Source: Felis catus (Eukaryota). Taken from it: a stretch of 64,000 bases of DNA. Where the stretch lies: assembly GCF_018350175.1 (NCBI RefSeq), contig NC_058381.1, positions 40,238,001 to 40,302,000 on the forward strand. Reading direction: 5' to 3'. Below are positions 31,687-53,667 of the stretch, piece by piece. The translations under genes and the position numbers were made by a program. Under the pieces are notes generated by a model, which was not told the origin of the DNA, did not search any database, and saw nothing but the letters and a program-made list of their open reading frames with translations. The first letter of the stretch is position 1, and every line of letters starts with the position of its first letter.

Positions 31687-34600
31687 TTAAGGTAGGACTT
31701 ATCATGTTGCATGGATTCAGTGAAGGAAGACAAAATGCCCAGCACATCAGAAACGTTACGGCCACAGATATTCCTCCTTCTCCCTCACCCTGCTCATGGC
31801 CCAAGGCCGCCGGCTAAAAGGAAAGACCCAAAATTAAGGGCCAGGCATGAGAGCAGTTAGGCACCCTGAGGAAGCAGAACCCCAAGTGTCCGCTGGGACG
31901 GGGGGGCACCCGTGGCTGAGAAGGAAGGAACTCAAGAGCTCTGGGCAGGTGTGTGATGTAGGATGGTCACAATACACGCATCAGCGTCCTGGAGATGCTA
32001 CAAACACTGGCCCTCCTCAGCCTCACACGTACCCGCAGTCCTTGCTCTCCAGAAGGTTCCAGCACGTGGTGATCTCCCCCTCCAGCCTGGCCTCGACGTC
32101 CAGCAGCACCCGATACTGTCCGTTCAGCTGCGCCTCGGCCATCTGGGCCTCCGCACTGCCCATCAGTAGCTGGATCACCGCCGGTTCCGGTGGTAACCGG
32201 ACCCAGGCCTGTCCTGAGAAACCGCCCTTAGGCAGTGGCCGGCCCCATGAGTAGCTCCCCCCCCCAAATCAGAGAGGGCTAACTGCACTCCTTGCCAGTG
32301 CCCTCTGTTGCTAAAAGGGAGGTTTCATGTCATCTCTTTGGAGAAGCTGAGTTCTGTTCCCCGAGCGACCATCTGGCGTCTCCCTGGAGGGGCACGGCCT
32401 TGAACATGCAACAGTCACCTGGAAGAGGTAGAGCTCGGTGAGCGCGGGGGCCTCTGGTCTCAGCGCCGGCGCCCAGAGAGACGGGGCCGTAGAACGGAGG
32501 GGTGCCGACGTGTTGGAACTAAAGGAAAATTAGAGTGGCTTCGACCCCTTCCTGCCCCAACCAGAGACCGGAGGGGCTGTGCGCTCCCCGGGGACCAGAG
32601 CAAGTCAGCCACAGGGTCCGGACTGCGGCCCGGCGCTCCTGACTCCAGCATGTTCTCTCCCTCTACACCAAACCTGTCCTGTTAAAAGGCCAAGCGGTAA
32701 ACATTTTGTGCTGCGCAGGCCATACAGGCTGTTTGCGCTAAACTCGTCTCCGCCGTTGCAGCACGGGGCAGACGCAGACAGTGTGGCTGTGTCCCGGTGA
32801 AAGTATATTCCCCAAAACAGACAGCAGCTGGGTGTGACCTGTGAGCTGCAGCTCGCTAGCCCCACTCTACACGACACAACGAATGAGGCCTGAGAATTGG
32901 ACCCCTCGCAGCACGTGGGGAGACCCTTAGCCCGCCCTGGAGCCAGAGCGCTGGGGCAGGGGTTAGGGCATTGCTCAGGTGGACTCCAGAAGTGGGCACT
33001 GCCCCGTCCCCTGCCCCAAGACATTTAGACCGAGACCGGCAGTCGTCCAGATGCTCTTTAACCTCAGAGCAAAGCAAAAGCTGCCCGGGGGGGGGGGGGG
33101 GGGGGGTGGTGGTTGGTGTGGTGGCCTCGTTACTGCTGCTACTTCTGTTCTTTCTGAAACTTGGGTGTCCAAAGGCTCCAGAAAGTAACTCGGCTGCCGA
33201 AGTCACTGGGGGGAAAGTCAGAACGGGGAAGCGGGGGGACTTGTGTGCCAGCCAAAGCAGATTTTCTTTAATTGGCATTAATTGAGCACTTACACTATGC
33301 CAGATATCATGATAGTTCAGATGCATTCTGTGCCAGTAACGCGGTGAAGGAGGTAGAATTACCCCCCTTTCCAAAGGGGGAGGAGCTTGCAGTTTACAGA
33401 GGTTAGGGGACCCGCAGAAATCACACCGCGTGTGGTGGCGGAACTAGGATTCCAGGAGATGTTTTATGAAGCCGGAGTCACTGATGGTTTCCATTATGGC
33501 AAGAGGCTCATCCGGGTATTTGGTTACTTATTTAGGGCTAAAGGGGCAGGGACTATTTGGAAATAAATTTGCCTCGACCAGTTGTTCAAAAGGATAGAAT
33601 GCAAACGATCGTAGGACATTTCTATTTAGCAAAATTGAGATCATCACACTCATGTGTTAAAATTTATGAAACATCAGACGAGAATTGTTCTATTGTTAAT
33701 GATCTTCCCAGTTACCGCTCAGCATATCCTTTTTTTGATCATACCGGAGAAGTCTTCCCAATATTATAGGGAGGGTGCCGATCAGTGTCATTCAGTCCAC
33801 GAGCTGTCCTGGTGACTCTGCCAGTCACTGTGTCCGACTGCTGGGCCTTTCTCTCTGGAAGCCGTCACCCTCTGGCCAAGCTTCCCCGAACCCAGCTCTG
33901 CCCCGTGGGCCCTCACTCCCACGCCCAGGAGGAGGCCTTGCCCTTGGACAGTGAGAGACAGACCCAAGGCTGTGCACCAGTCTCCTTAATGGCCTCAGGG
34001 AAAGTCTCATCTTTGAAACACATGTCCTCTTTTCTTTTCCAGTCCCCACTCAGGGAGGATCCTGCTACCTGTGGGAGTTTCTCCCAAACATCAAATACAA
34101 CAGAGGTTTTATTACTTTACCGTGGTCCTAAGTTTTCCTGTAAAGTGGAGTTAATGAAATCCAAATGCTTTGATATGAGGACAGGCTTCCTCTGAGGATC
34201 CCCATATGTGTAACACGAGGTCCACTTTCCAGGCGGTCCCGGTGCTGGTGGGCAGAAATATTCCCCAGCGTCTACATCCGTGGCTTCTGCATCCCTCACA
34301 AAGTGGAGATGGACCAGGAGGGAGGATAGCTGTCAACCTCTCTAGCTTGGAAGCATCATCCCAACACAGCGGATGGCGACCATCCATGGCCAGCAGAGGG
34401 GGCAGCACTAACTGCCCCTGAGCCTTGGGGCTTGGTATCCTATAAAAAGCTTTAATAGGCATTTGGGTTGTCAGACAGGTCCTGGCAAGTCAGATGACAC
34501 ACAAGGTGGAAAGAGGAACCAGGTTGGATTGGACAGTATGCTCTGAGGGAAAAGGAGCCTGCACAAGTCCCCAAAGGGCCCAGGGGACCTGGACTCCTGG

Positions 34601-35017
34601 CCTACAACCCCTGTGTCATTGCTCCTGGCCACAGCCTGAGTCTGTCCTCTTATTGAGCCAAAGGCTCCAAGGATAAGGAGATTCTGAATTTGGTGGTTTC
34701 CAGATATTTTTTTAATTGGGAACTACAGTCCTGGGAAGGAGTTTCAGCATCTCAGAGAAAATATCTCTGTTCTTAGGGACAGGAAAGAAGGCAAAAGGAA
34801 AAGTATTTATTAGCCTGAAATAATAATAAACCTTCGTGCTTGGAGAAAACATCAGGGAGACCCGCTAGGCTTGGCATGAGAGCACTTACTTTGATTCCCA
34901 CCTGTTGGTTGGTGAGTGCATCTTTCCAACTCTCTGGGCCTTAGACTCGCCATCCATAAATGGGAGAGGCTGGGCCACATCATCTGGAAGGCTCCTTATG
35001 ATTCTGATAGCTTAGGA

Positions 35018-35207
35018 TAGTGTTGTTGAATAGAACTTTCTGGAATAACAGAAATGTTCTACATCTGCATTCTGGTATGGCACCCCTAGCCACATGTAGG
35101 TACTGAGCACTTGGAATGTGGCTCGTGTATTGAGGAACTGAATTTTTCAATTTTATTTCATTAAAAATTCAATAGCCACATGTAGTCTGTGGCTACCATA
35201 TTGGACA
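35018..35207. mobile_element. MER3-like hAT-Charlie DNA transposon
   Basis: aatagaactttctg..gaaatgttcta..ctagccacatgt..tactgagcacttggaatgtggct..aatagccacatgt..gtggctaccatattggaca. Confidence 0.75.
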
Positions 35208-37227
35208 AGACAGAACAGGTCTAGGATTTTAGAACCATAGATCTGGTTCTGTTCAGTCTATCGTGTTTATCAAGCTAAGCACATTCTAGACAAATTTGCA
35301 CGGGGACTGAAATTAAGAGGGATTGCCAGTTTGTACTCAGTTATGAGAATATCCACATGGCCAGAAGCTCCTCTCTCTTGGCATTCCAGATCACCGAAAT
35401 GCTACCCTCACCTCCCCACTCAGGAACCACAGCTGGCTAAGCAGTGTGTTTGTGTCTCCCATCAGGCTCACAGCCTCGCCTGCCAAGCCTGCATGCCGGA
35501 TCCTGTCCCGAGAGCCCCAGGCGGCTCCAGGAGCCAATTCACTTCTCATCATTTCTTGGCAAGTCCAGAGGGCAGATCTTTAATAGAAACATCACCTCAG
35601 CTCATTAAGGAAGAACAGTGTGTTTAGAGGTTGAGGTTCAGAAAGGTGTACAAGATTCCTGTTTCTGGCCCTTTCCTCTTAATCCGCCATGGCCAGTCTT
35701 GCCAAGTCAGGTCCTCTGCTGAGCCTCTCAGATTGAGCCCTGATTTTTTCCTTCCCACTGTCGCAGCCTGAGCTGAGGCCCCATTAGCTTCTTCCACATA
35801 CTAGTTCTCAGCTCTGTCCCTGCCCCTCAGCCATCTTTTTTATACTCCTCGGTGAAACTTTCTGAAAGGCCACTCCGGCCATGCCACCCTTGGGCTCAGA
35901 ACCTACAGCAGCCCTCCCACAGCTTTCTGGATGGAGTCCAGGCTCCATCAGAGATACCTGGGGCCTCCCCGTGGTCTGACACCTTCCTACCACATGAGAT
36001 TTATTCCCACCCACCTTCCACAGGGACCCGCTGCTCCAGCCAGCAAGGCCACTCGAGGCGTCTGGAGCCAGGCCTTGGCTTCCACGCAGGCCCCACGCGC
36101 CTCTACCTCTTTTTTGCTCAGTAGACATTCAGGCCCATCTCAAAAGCCACCAGCTGCAGGAAGCCTTCCCTGCTCTCCCCAGGCCAGTACTTTGTCCCAG
36201 CCGTTGTTAGCACGTGCTCTTTCTAGGTAGCAATTTGCCATGTAGTGGAGTGCTTCGAATAAGTGCTTCAGGGCACACAGCTGGACCTGGGTTCGAATCT
36301 TGGTCCTTGCATGTAACTTTGGGCAACTGACTAACCCATTCTGCACTCCTCGGTTTTCCATTTCTAAAATGGACATGAGGCCTCCCTTACACGGTGGTTG
36401 TGCAAGCCGCATAGGCCGGTCTATACAATGTGCCCGGCACGGTACCACGTGCACCATATGTGCTCAGGAAGCGGTAGTCATGGTTATTATTATTTACACT
36501 GGCCCCAGCTCCCTCGCCAATCATAGGCTTCCAGACAGTGAGGATCACTGGCATTTTTTTTTTTTTTGGTAGCCCCTCCCTGCATAGAGCTGTAGTTTGC
36601 AAATACGAGGACTCAGAATACAATTGCTTGATTTATCCCTGGGGCCTAACAGCCTATACTGAGTCCTGGGTCCACTGCATACTAGTTGGATGACCTTTGG
36701 GCAACTTTCTTAACCTCTCTGGCTCTCAGCTGCCTCATTTACAAAGGGGAGAAATAATGGTACCTTTTTTCACAAGTTGTTGCAATGTTTAAATGGGGCA
36801 CTAAGGAAGTATCTGGGGGATGACCCTGGGGGTATCTACATCTAAGTAGGCCATTAGTGAAGACTTTTTGAATGAATGAATGAATGATCCCATTGTAACA
36901 GCTGTAATGAGGTGGGGAGGTGGGGTCATAACAGTATTCTTCTCAATTACAGTAGTTTGGCCTAGGTTTCAGGCATAATTATCTCCCTCTTCTCTTTATT
37001 CCTTTATGACTTGGCTCTGGACAGATTACCTGGCTCTAACTGGCTTATGGCATGCGGACCTTTCTAGCGAATGCCTCCCAAGCCTCCGTGGAAACAGACG
37101 AGGCCCAAAAATAAGTATAGAATTTGGCCACTTTCCTCTTGAGCCCAACTGAGTAGAACTGGCTGGTGGATACACAGCAAAGGCGACAAATAGAGAAAGA
37201 TGCGTTTGCAGGGCCACTGGATGAGGC

Positions 37228-37233
37228 TTTATT
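37228..37233 (-). terminator. Candidate polyadenylation signal AATAAA of KRT32
   Basis: tttatt ~270 nt past the stop, followed on the minus strand by a U-rich stretch. Confidence 0.7.
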
Positions 37234-37502
37234 CGCCAGTTTACTAACAGCACGTGCCCTTGAGGCAGCACAGACACCCAGAAACATCAGCCAAGAGAAC
37301 AGTCTGGCTGTGGAAGTGAGAGGCAGTTTTCCAAGACGTGGGGGCCCGGGGCGCCCCCTGCAGATCCGAGCATGTAGCACACAGCCCACCTCCCAGCTGG
37401 AGGGCTTCCTTGCTGACCACTGAATGGGGGTCAGACTCCGCCTGAGGAGGCTCCAGCCTCCCAGCTCCGGTCTGTCCAGGATCCACCGACCCTGAGGGAC
37501 TT

Positions 37503-44011
<6,509 letters not shown>

Positions 44012-44055
44012 CTACCTGGATTGTCAGTGTCCACAGACCCCATCCTGCTCGGGCC

Positions 44056-44280
44056 TTTTTATACCCCTGGAATGAGGGGGCTCACGCTAGAAAGTCACCA
44101 TGGGGTGGTGTGGATGTTTATACACAGCCCCAGAGGAAGCTGCTAATTAATTTATAATTTGGTTTCCAATAAGGAACTCCTTTCCTTGTAAAAGAGGCTA
44201 AGCTAGTCATTTGGCTAAAGCAGGACTCTGGGCTCCTGTCATTGATCACCAGGGGAGAGCTTCAGGACACATCTTCAAAG
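44056..44280 (-). promoter_or_regulatory. KRT32 proximal promoter: TATA box and LEF1/TCF site CTTTGAAGA
   Basis: tttttata at 44056-44063; tcttcaaag at 44272-44280; AT-rich TAAT/TTAT (Hox-type) cluster at 44144-44160. Confidence 0.75.
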
Positions 44281-45387
44281 GATCAGCTTTGGGCTTGGGT
44301 CCTCATTACCCGGGCGGGGCCACCCGGACACCACAGCACCTGGCCCTGTGCCGCCAATGCCCGCTGCGCCCCCGCCCGCTCGGGCCCTGAGAAAGGGCCG
44401 CAGTTCCGTGGGGTAGCTCTTCCTTTTAATGAGAGCATTCCCTGTGGGAAGAGGCCTGCCCCTTAAGGAGGAAATGTGTGGGTGCCAGAAGTTTCACCGA
44501 TACTGCCAGTGCTATAAATCGAAGGAGCTGGGAAACAGAACCTCAGAGCCTTCTAAAGCTGCATCGCCGCCCTACCTAGGGGGAGAAGTGATCTCAGGGA
44601 GGAGACATCCAGACAGAACCCGAGACCCAGACAGAAAGCCTAAGAATCAGGGGCATCTTTTCAGCTGGATGCTACTAAGAAAGAGAGACGTGGGGATCCC
44701 GCTCTCGGGAAAGTGTCGTGATCATCCCGGTGGGGCAGACGCTCTATCTTGACCATCTCTGGATCCTCCCTTCGTGAATCACCGCCCCCATAGACAGAGA
44801 TGTCGAGAGTTCATGACTGTTAAAAGGACAGGGGTGGACAGGCTGGAACAGGCTCTACTTTCGCTTTCTACAGCGCAGGGCTCCCCGCGGGACCTCAGAG
44901 ATGGGAGGCAGTGTGAATCAGCTCCCTGGAGAAGTGGCACCCTGCAGCCCTGGTGTGAGCTAAGCCAGGGGACTGGAGCAGGCATCTCCAGTTATAGAAG
45001 CCTCGGGTATTCCTTAAGAAAGCGACAGGCAAGACCAGTGGTTTCCTGTCCTGCCTGCGATACCCGTGGGCTCAGACACTTCACGTTTAACCTATGGGTG
45101 TTACATGGCCACTTTTTATTCATTAGTCCTCTCAATATAACACTGGGGTGTGAGTGCTTGTCTTTTTCTTTCATATATTTCTAGAAGTATTGGCGAGAGG
45201 GTAGGGAAGGGAAAATGCCACTCAGCCCTGTTCCCTGAAATCTGTTGCTTGAGAAGTCAAGATCGAGAATGCTACATAGAGCCAGTGATCTGGCTGCAAT
45301 ACGTACCGATAAATAGGCAAGAAAGGCTTCGGTCTATGGGAGGAAGGCAAGAAACAAGGCTGACAATTTCGTTTTAAAAGGTCTTCA

Positions 45388-45612
45388 GGGGTGCCTGGGT
45401 GGCGCAGTCGGTTAAGCGTCCGACTTCAGCCAGGTCACGATCTCGCGGTCCGTGAGTTCGAGCCCCGCGTCGGGCTCTGGGCTGATGGCTCAGAGCCTGG
45501 AGCCTGTTTCCGATTCTGTGTCTCCCTCTCTCTCTGCCCCTCCCCCGTTCATGCTCTGTCTCTCTCTGTCTCAAAAATAAATAAATGTTAAAAAAAAAAT
45601 TAAAAAAAAAAA
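45388..45612 (+). mobile_element. Young Can-SINE (SINEC_Fc)
   Basis: CpG-rich undecayed body, long A tail, perfect TSD aaaaggtcttca at 45376-45387 and 45610-45621. Confidence 0.95.
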
Positions 45613-46108
45613 AGGTCTTCAAATAAAAAGAAGAATTCTTGAGTTTTTAAAAAAAAAGATAGAGATGTTACCTTCTAATTTACTGTGTGACCTCGGGAAA
45701 ATTGCTTTCCCTCTCTGGGTTTCCATTTCCTCATGCATATCGAAAGGGTTAGACTAAATCATCTCTCAGCTAGAATTCCTGCACCAACCATCAATTCCAG
45801 GTCCTTTGTCTGGATGAGCTATTTAGAGAAGACAGTAGCATCAGATGGGAGGAGGTATGATGGCGATACCAACCAAATGGAATGAGGCACATTGGGCCAG
45901 TCTTCAAAATCATAACTAGCATTTATTGAATCTATGCCAATACCAGGCGCTGGGCTGGGTGCTTGGCATTAATTTGCCCACTTAATCCTCATCCAAAAAA
46001 ACTGTAAAAAATTATTATTGTAATAAAGTATAGCAGTGGCTCTCAAAATGTGGCCTCCAGACCAGCAGCATCAGCATCGCTCAGGAACATGTTAGAAATG
46101 CAATTCCT

Positions 46109-46308
46109 GGGGGCGCCTGGGTGGTTTAGTCAGTTAAGCGTCTGACTCTTGATTTCAGCTCAGGTCACGATCTCACTGTTTGTGAGATCGAGCCCCACGT
46201 CGGGCTCTGTGCTGACAGAGCTCTCCCTCTGTCTCTGCCCCTCCACTGCTCACACTCTTGCTCGCTCTCTCTCAAAAATAAATAAACATTAAAAAAATAA
46301 ATAAATAA
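46109..46308 (+). mobile_element. Can-SINE inserted after a MER5-like fragment (46032-46108)
   Basis: ggggcgcctgggtggtttagtc..aaaataaataaacattaaaa; upstream cagtggctctcaaaatgtgg..cagcatcagcatc..gttagaaatgcaa. Confidence 0.85.
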
Positions 46309-46435
46309 AGGTAGGTGGGATGCATGCAGGGGTCTGGCCCAAGACTGTCTCCGTTCTTTGAAAAACCAGAATGATTCCAGACAAAAGATTATAAAAGCTG
46401 AATTTAGGTAGTTCTACCATCCAACAAGCCAGTTT

Positions 46436-46640
46436 GGGGGTGCCTGGGTGGCTCAGTCGGCTGGACATCTGACTCAGTTTTGGTCATGATCTCACGGTTC
46501 ATGGGTTCAAGCCCCACATTGGGATCTCCGCTGACTGTGCGGAGCCTGCTTGGGATTCTCTCCCTCCGTCTCCCTCTGCCTCTCTCTCTCTTTCTCTGCC
46601 TCTCTCTCTCAAAATAAATATATAAACTTAAAAAAAAAAA
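46436..46640 (+). mobile_element. Can-SINE
   Basis: Head, (CT)n and A tail; TSD aagccagttt at 46426-46435 and 46641-46650. Confidence 0.9.
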
Positions 46641-48286
46641 AAGCCAGTTTGCCAACCCGCCCATACACACAGCACCTTCCATCAGCTTTTTAGTGTCATG
46701 TCTTCAAACATAAGCGGAAGGATCACCAGACGTTTGAGAGAAGTTTCCAGCATCGCAAAGAGAGACAAAACAAAACAAGCCAACAAATTGCTGAAGAGGA
46801 AACTGGGGGAGACTGAAGCAAGGCAGAATTTAAGACAATCTATTAATACATACGTACGTGTGTGTATGTTTCTTAATAACCTCGGGGATAAAAATGGCAG
46901 TCTTGAGACAGTGTTATGGAAGAGGAAGAGAGAACAGCAAAAACATAGCTCTTTGAAATTAAAACTATGGGAACTGAAATTTAAACTTCAGTGCGGGTGT
47001 TTGAAATTAAAGGAGAGAGTAAAGCCGGAGCTGAGGAATAGTCAAAAAGTACAGTTCAGGAACCTGCTGGCCCCCAGGGTGACGTCAGAGCTGCCTGAGC
47101 TCCCAACTGCTTTGCCAAAAGGCCCTCCCGTTAGTGGAGGAGCCCTCAATCCTGGCTGCACCCCGGAATCACTCGGGGAGCTTTCTAATATCCCAACACC
47201 AGGCCATATCCCAGACCAACTAAGTCAGGATTGCTGGGGGTCAGACCACACATCCCCTATGCCCCCCAGGTCATTGCAATGTGCGGCCAACGTTGAGAAT
47301 CTCTGACCTAATGGAATCAGCATTATATTCACAGTTGAAGTAACTAGTAATAAGGAATAAATAAATAATAGTAAGTGGCAAGGCTATGCAGGATCTGGTT
47401 CTCTCCATCTGGGGAGGGGAATTCAGATGGGTTTGGAAGGGGTTTGTACCACGAGGAATGTCCTAAAGAGGACGTGTGGCTGATGGCAAACGGAGTTACC
47501 TGGAGCCTGTGCGCTCGAGACAGCGCCCACGCATTGCTTGCTAACTGTGGCTCCCCTACGCCCGCCTTTCTTCCGAGTCAGAAAAAATAATAAGTCATGG
47601 ACCTGCCTCTCCACCTCGGCTGCTAGGCGTTGCTGCTTGGAACAAAAGCTCAGAAATGAAACTCCGGGCAGGGAGAATGTAGACGCCCACCCTCACAGCG
47701 ATCCAGGCCTCCAGCTAGCATAGACAGTCAACAACACGAGCCGTTTTCCAAGGCCCGGCAAAGGCTCGGCAAAGCAGGACGGACCTTATAGTACAGTAAG
47801 TGTCGTGGCCTCTGTTTTACTGATGAGGAAACTGAGGCTCGGCAAGGGGCTGCCCTGTGCCAAAGCTCCCACTGGCGGTAAGTGGCGGGGTCGGGATATG
47901 AACCCCAGGTCAGTCTGACTCCACGTTCAGAGCCCAATTTCATCACACTAACGCCACGGCCCCTTCGCCGGGCCTCGTCCTGCCACTGAGGCAGGGAGTG
48001 GGTGCCCTTGCTTTCCCATCCCAAGGCCTCCCTCTGACGAAGGTCAGTCTTGCTCCTGGCACCTGACACACTGTCCAGCCCAGGGAGGCACCCAGTAAAG
48101 ACGTGTTGAATAAACTGAATGATCACGAGACCATCAGCCTCTTCAGGGGGCTGAGCCTCAACAAAAGCAGCCAAGGTGTTCCAAGAAGGCCAACATGGGG
48201 GCGGTCAGGATTCCAGGAGTCAGGGGGCTGGGAGACACCGAAGCCCTGGGCCCTCCTTTACAGGGGGTTAGAAAGGGGCGACTCTA

Positions 48287-48503
48287 GGGGCACCTGGGTG
48301 GCTCAGTCGGTTGAGCATCTGACTTCAGCTCAGGCCATGATTTCACAGTTTGTGAGTTCAGGCCCCACATCGGGCTCTGTGCTGACAGCTCAGAGCCTGG
48401 AGCCTGCTTCGGATTCTGTGTCTCCCTCTCTCTCTGCCCCTCCCCTGCTCTCTCTCTCTCTCTCTCTCTGAAACAAATATTTTTTAAAAAATTAAAAAAA
48501 AAA
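48287..48503 (+). mobile_element. Can-SINE (SINEC_Fc)
   Basis: ggggcacctgggtggctcagtcggttgagc..(CT)n..A tail. Confidence 0.9.
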
Positions 48504-49483
48504 AGAGGGGATAACTCTGAAGTAGAATCAGGGTGAATTATACCAGGCCCTCTTAAGAGGTGGGGGTCTCAGGCCCACCTTCGTCAGCATCTTTCCCCGA
48601 TCAGTTCTCCACCTCCCGTGCTATTACAACTCTCTAAACGTCGCTAACATTTCCTAGTGGTGCTGTTGGCATCTTATGAATAGCACAGGGCTATCTGGAG
48701 AAACCGGCCTTCCTTTCTGCCTGAGAAAGTTTTACCTTCGTCTCCATTTCCCATTGGGATCCACGGAGCTTGGTATTTACCTGGTCTGGACATAAATGAG
48801 AGCCTTTGGGCCAAGATGCTGGGAGCGCCCACTGCCATGCGGAAATGCTCTGAGGCCCAAAGGTGCTGCGTGTGGTAACAGGTTCCAAAGGCACACAGCG
48901 CACGATGAGCCTCTTATGGACAAGAATCTCTAAATCGTGGGTGGAAGTCACAAAGGCGGGCTCACTCTCCCATCTCCCGCTTTTGATGGGGTGTGGGTTT
49001 TTAGGGTGCTTGCTGGACCGGGGGGCTGTGGGAAAGTTCTGCAGCGGAAGAAAGAAACAAAAGTCCCCTGGGTGCGGGATTTACATGTTGCTGCTCTTAT
49101 GAGAACCCCAGACATGAAATGAAAAGGAGCCTAAGATGCTTCACACCGCACTGGCCTCGGCTTTATCCTCCCTCCTCTGGGATGTAGTCTCCTGAATAGA
49201 CTAAGAAGGGTGGTGGGAAGGGGCTGGTAACACGGGTCACCACATCAGAACCTTGGAGAAGCGTCTTCTTCATCAGGAAAGCTGAGCAGCTGAGCAAGAA
49301 ACCCCACTGTACACCCTTAGCCACCCCAAACAGGGTCACAGGGGCCCTGTCATCCCCAGGGTCATACATGGTCAAACAGCCCTATTTGTCAGCCCAGGGG
49401 TCAGCCCTCTTCACCCAGCAGAGACACAAAACAACGATACCAACGTGGTGCCAGTCAGGCGTCGAGAGCCAAAGCAAATGCAC

Positions 49484-49489
49484 TTTATT
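49484..49489 (-). terminator. Candidate polyadenylation signal AATAAA of KRT35
   Basis: tttatt ~300 nt past the stop, with GU-rich downstream sequence on minus. Confidence 0.7.
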
Positions 49490-49790
49490 ATTCTGCCCAC
49501 ACAAGCCCTCTATTGTATTTCAGAACCCACTAAAAGAGCGCCCAGAAGGAAAACCTGACCCAGGAGGCAGCCTGGCTGGCACCCATTGAAATGATGAGGA
49601 GTTGAGGCTTTGGGGGGTGACCGGCCTTAATGACAGGCTTTGAGAGACTTTGAGGCATGTATTTGCAGTGAGACCGCCTCAGGGCCAGGCCCTAGGGTTC
49701 TGGGCTCCGCACAGAGAGAGGGGATTGGGCTTTAGGGTTAGGGTTGAAAAGAGGCCAAGCCTAAGCCCTGGAGACAATGGCCAGTCACTC

Positions 49791-53667
<3,877 letters not shown>

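Larger units (their letters stand above)
30160..32240 (-). pseudogene. Degenerate type I hair keratin pseudogene (exon 6 and exon 7/3'UTR remnants); positional equivalent of human KRT43P
   Basis: 32033-~32185 reads AVIQLLMGSAEAQMAEAQLNGQYRVLLDVEARLEGEITTCWNLLESKDC and is followed by a gtacgtgtg donor like that of KRT37 exon 6. It has a ~5-codon deletion and TYR->TCW in the helix-termination motif. Weak homology with a frameshift and no AG acceptor extends to ~32240. The exon 7-like segment starts at 30558 after ttgcag (A ATG CCT T-C AAT CCA, 1 nt short of LPCNP). Tandem AATAAA on minus at 30160-30165 and 30168-30173. Confidence 0.8.

Noticed and set aside
32176-32200. Hairpin-like caccgccggttccggtggtaaccgg, first suspected as a deletion breakpoint in the pseudogene
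   Set aside because: Codon-level similarity to exon 6 (R..E.A..Q) continues through it to ~32240, so it is not a clear junction.
34151-34462. 103-aa minus-strand ORF at the expected position of the pseudogene's exon 1
   Set aside because: No [12 protein letters not shown] or Cys-rich head similarity that I could recognise.
46698-47306. 202-aa ORF, and similar ORFs at 53714-54334 and 54280-54945
   Set aside because: No recognisable domain; the first runs through decayed A-rich and MER5-like repeat sequence. ORFs of this length are expected by chance in 64 kb.
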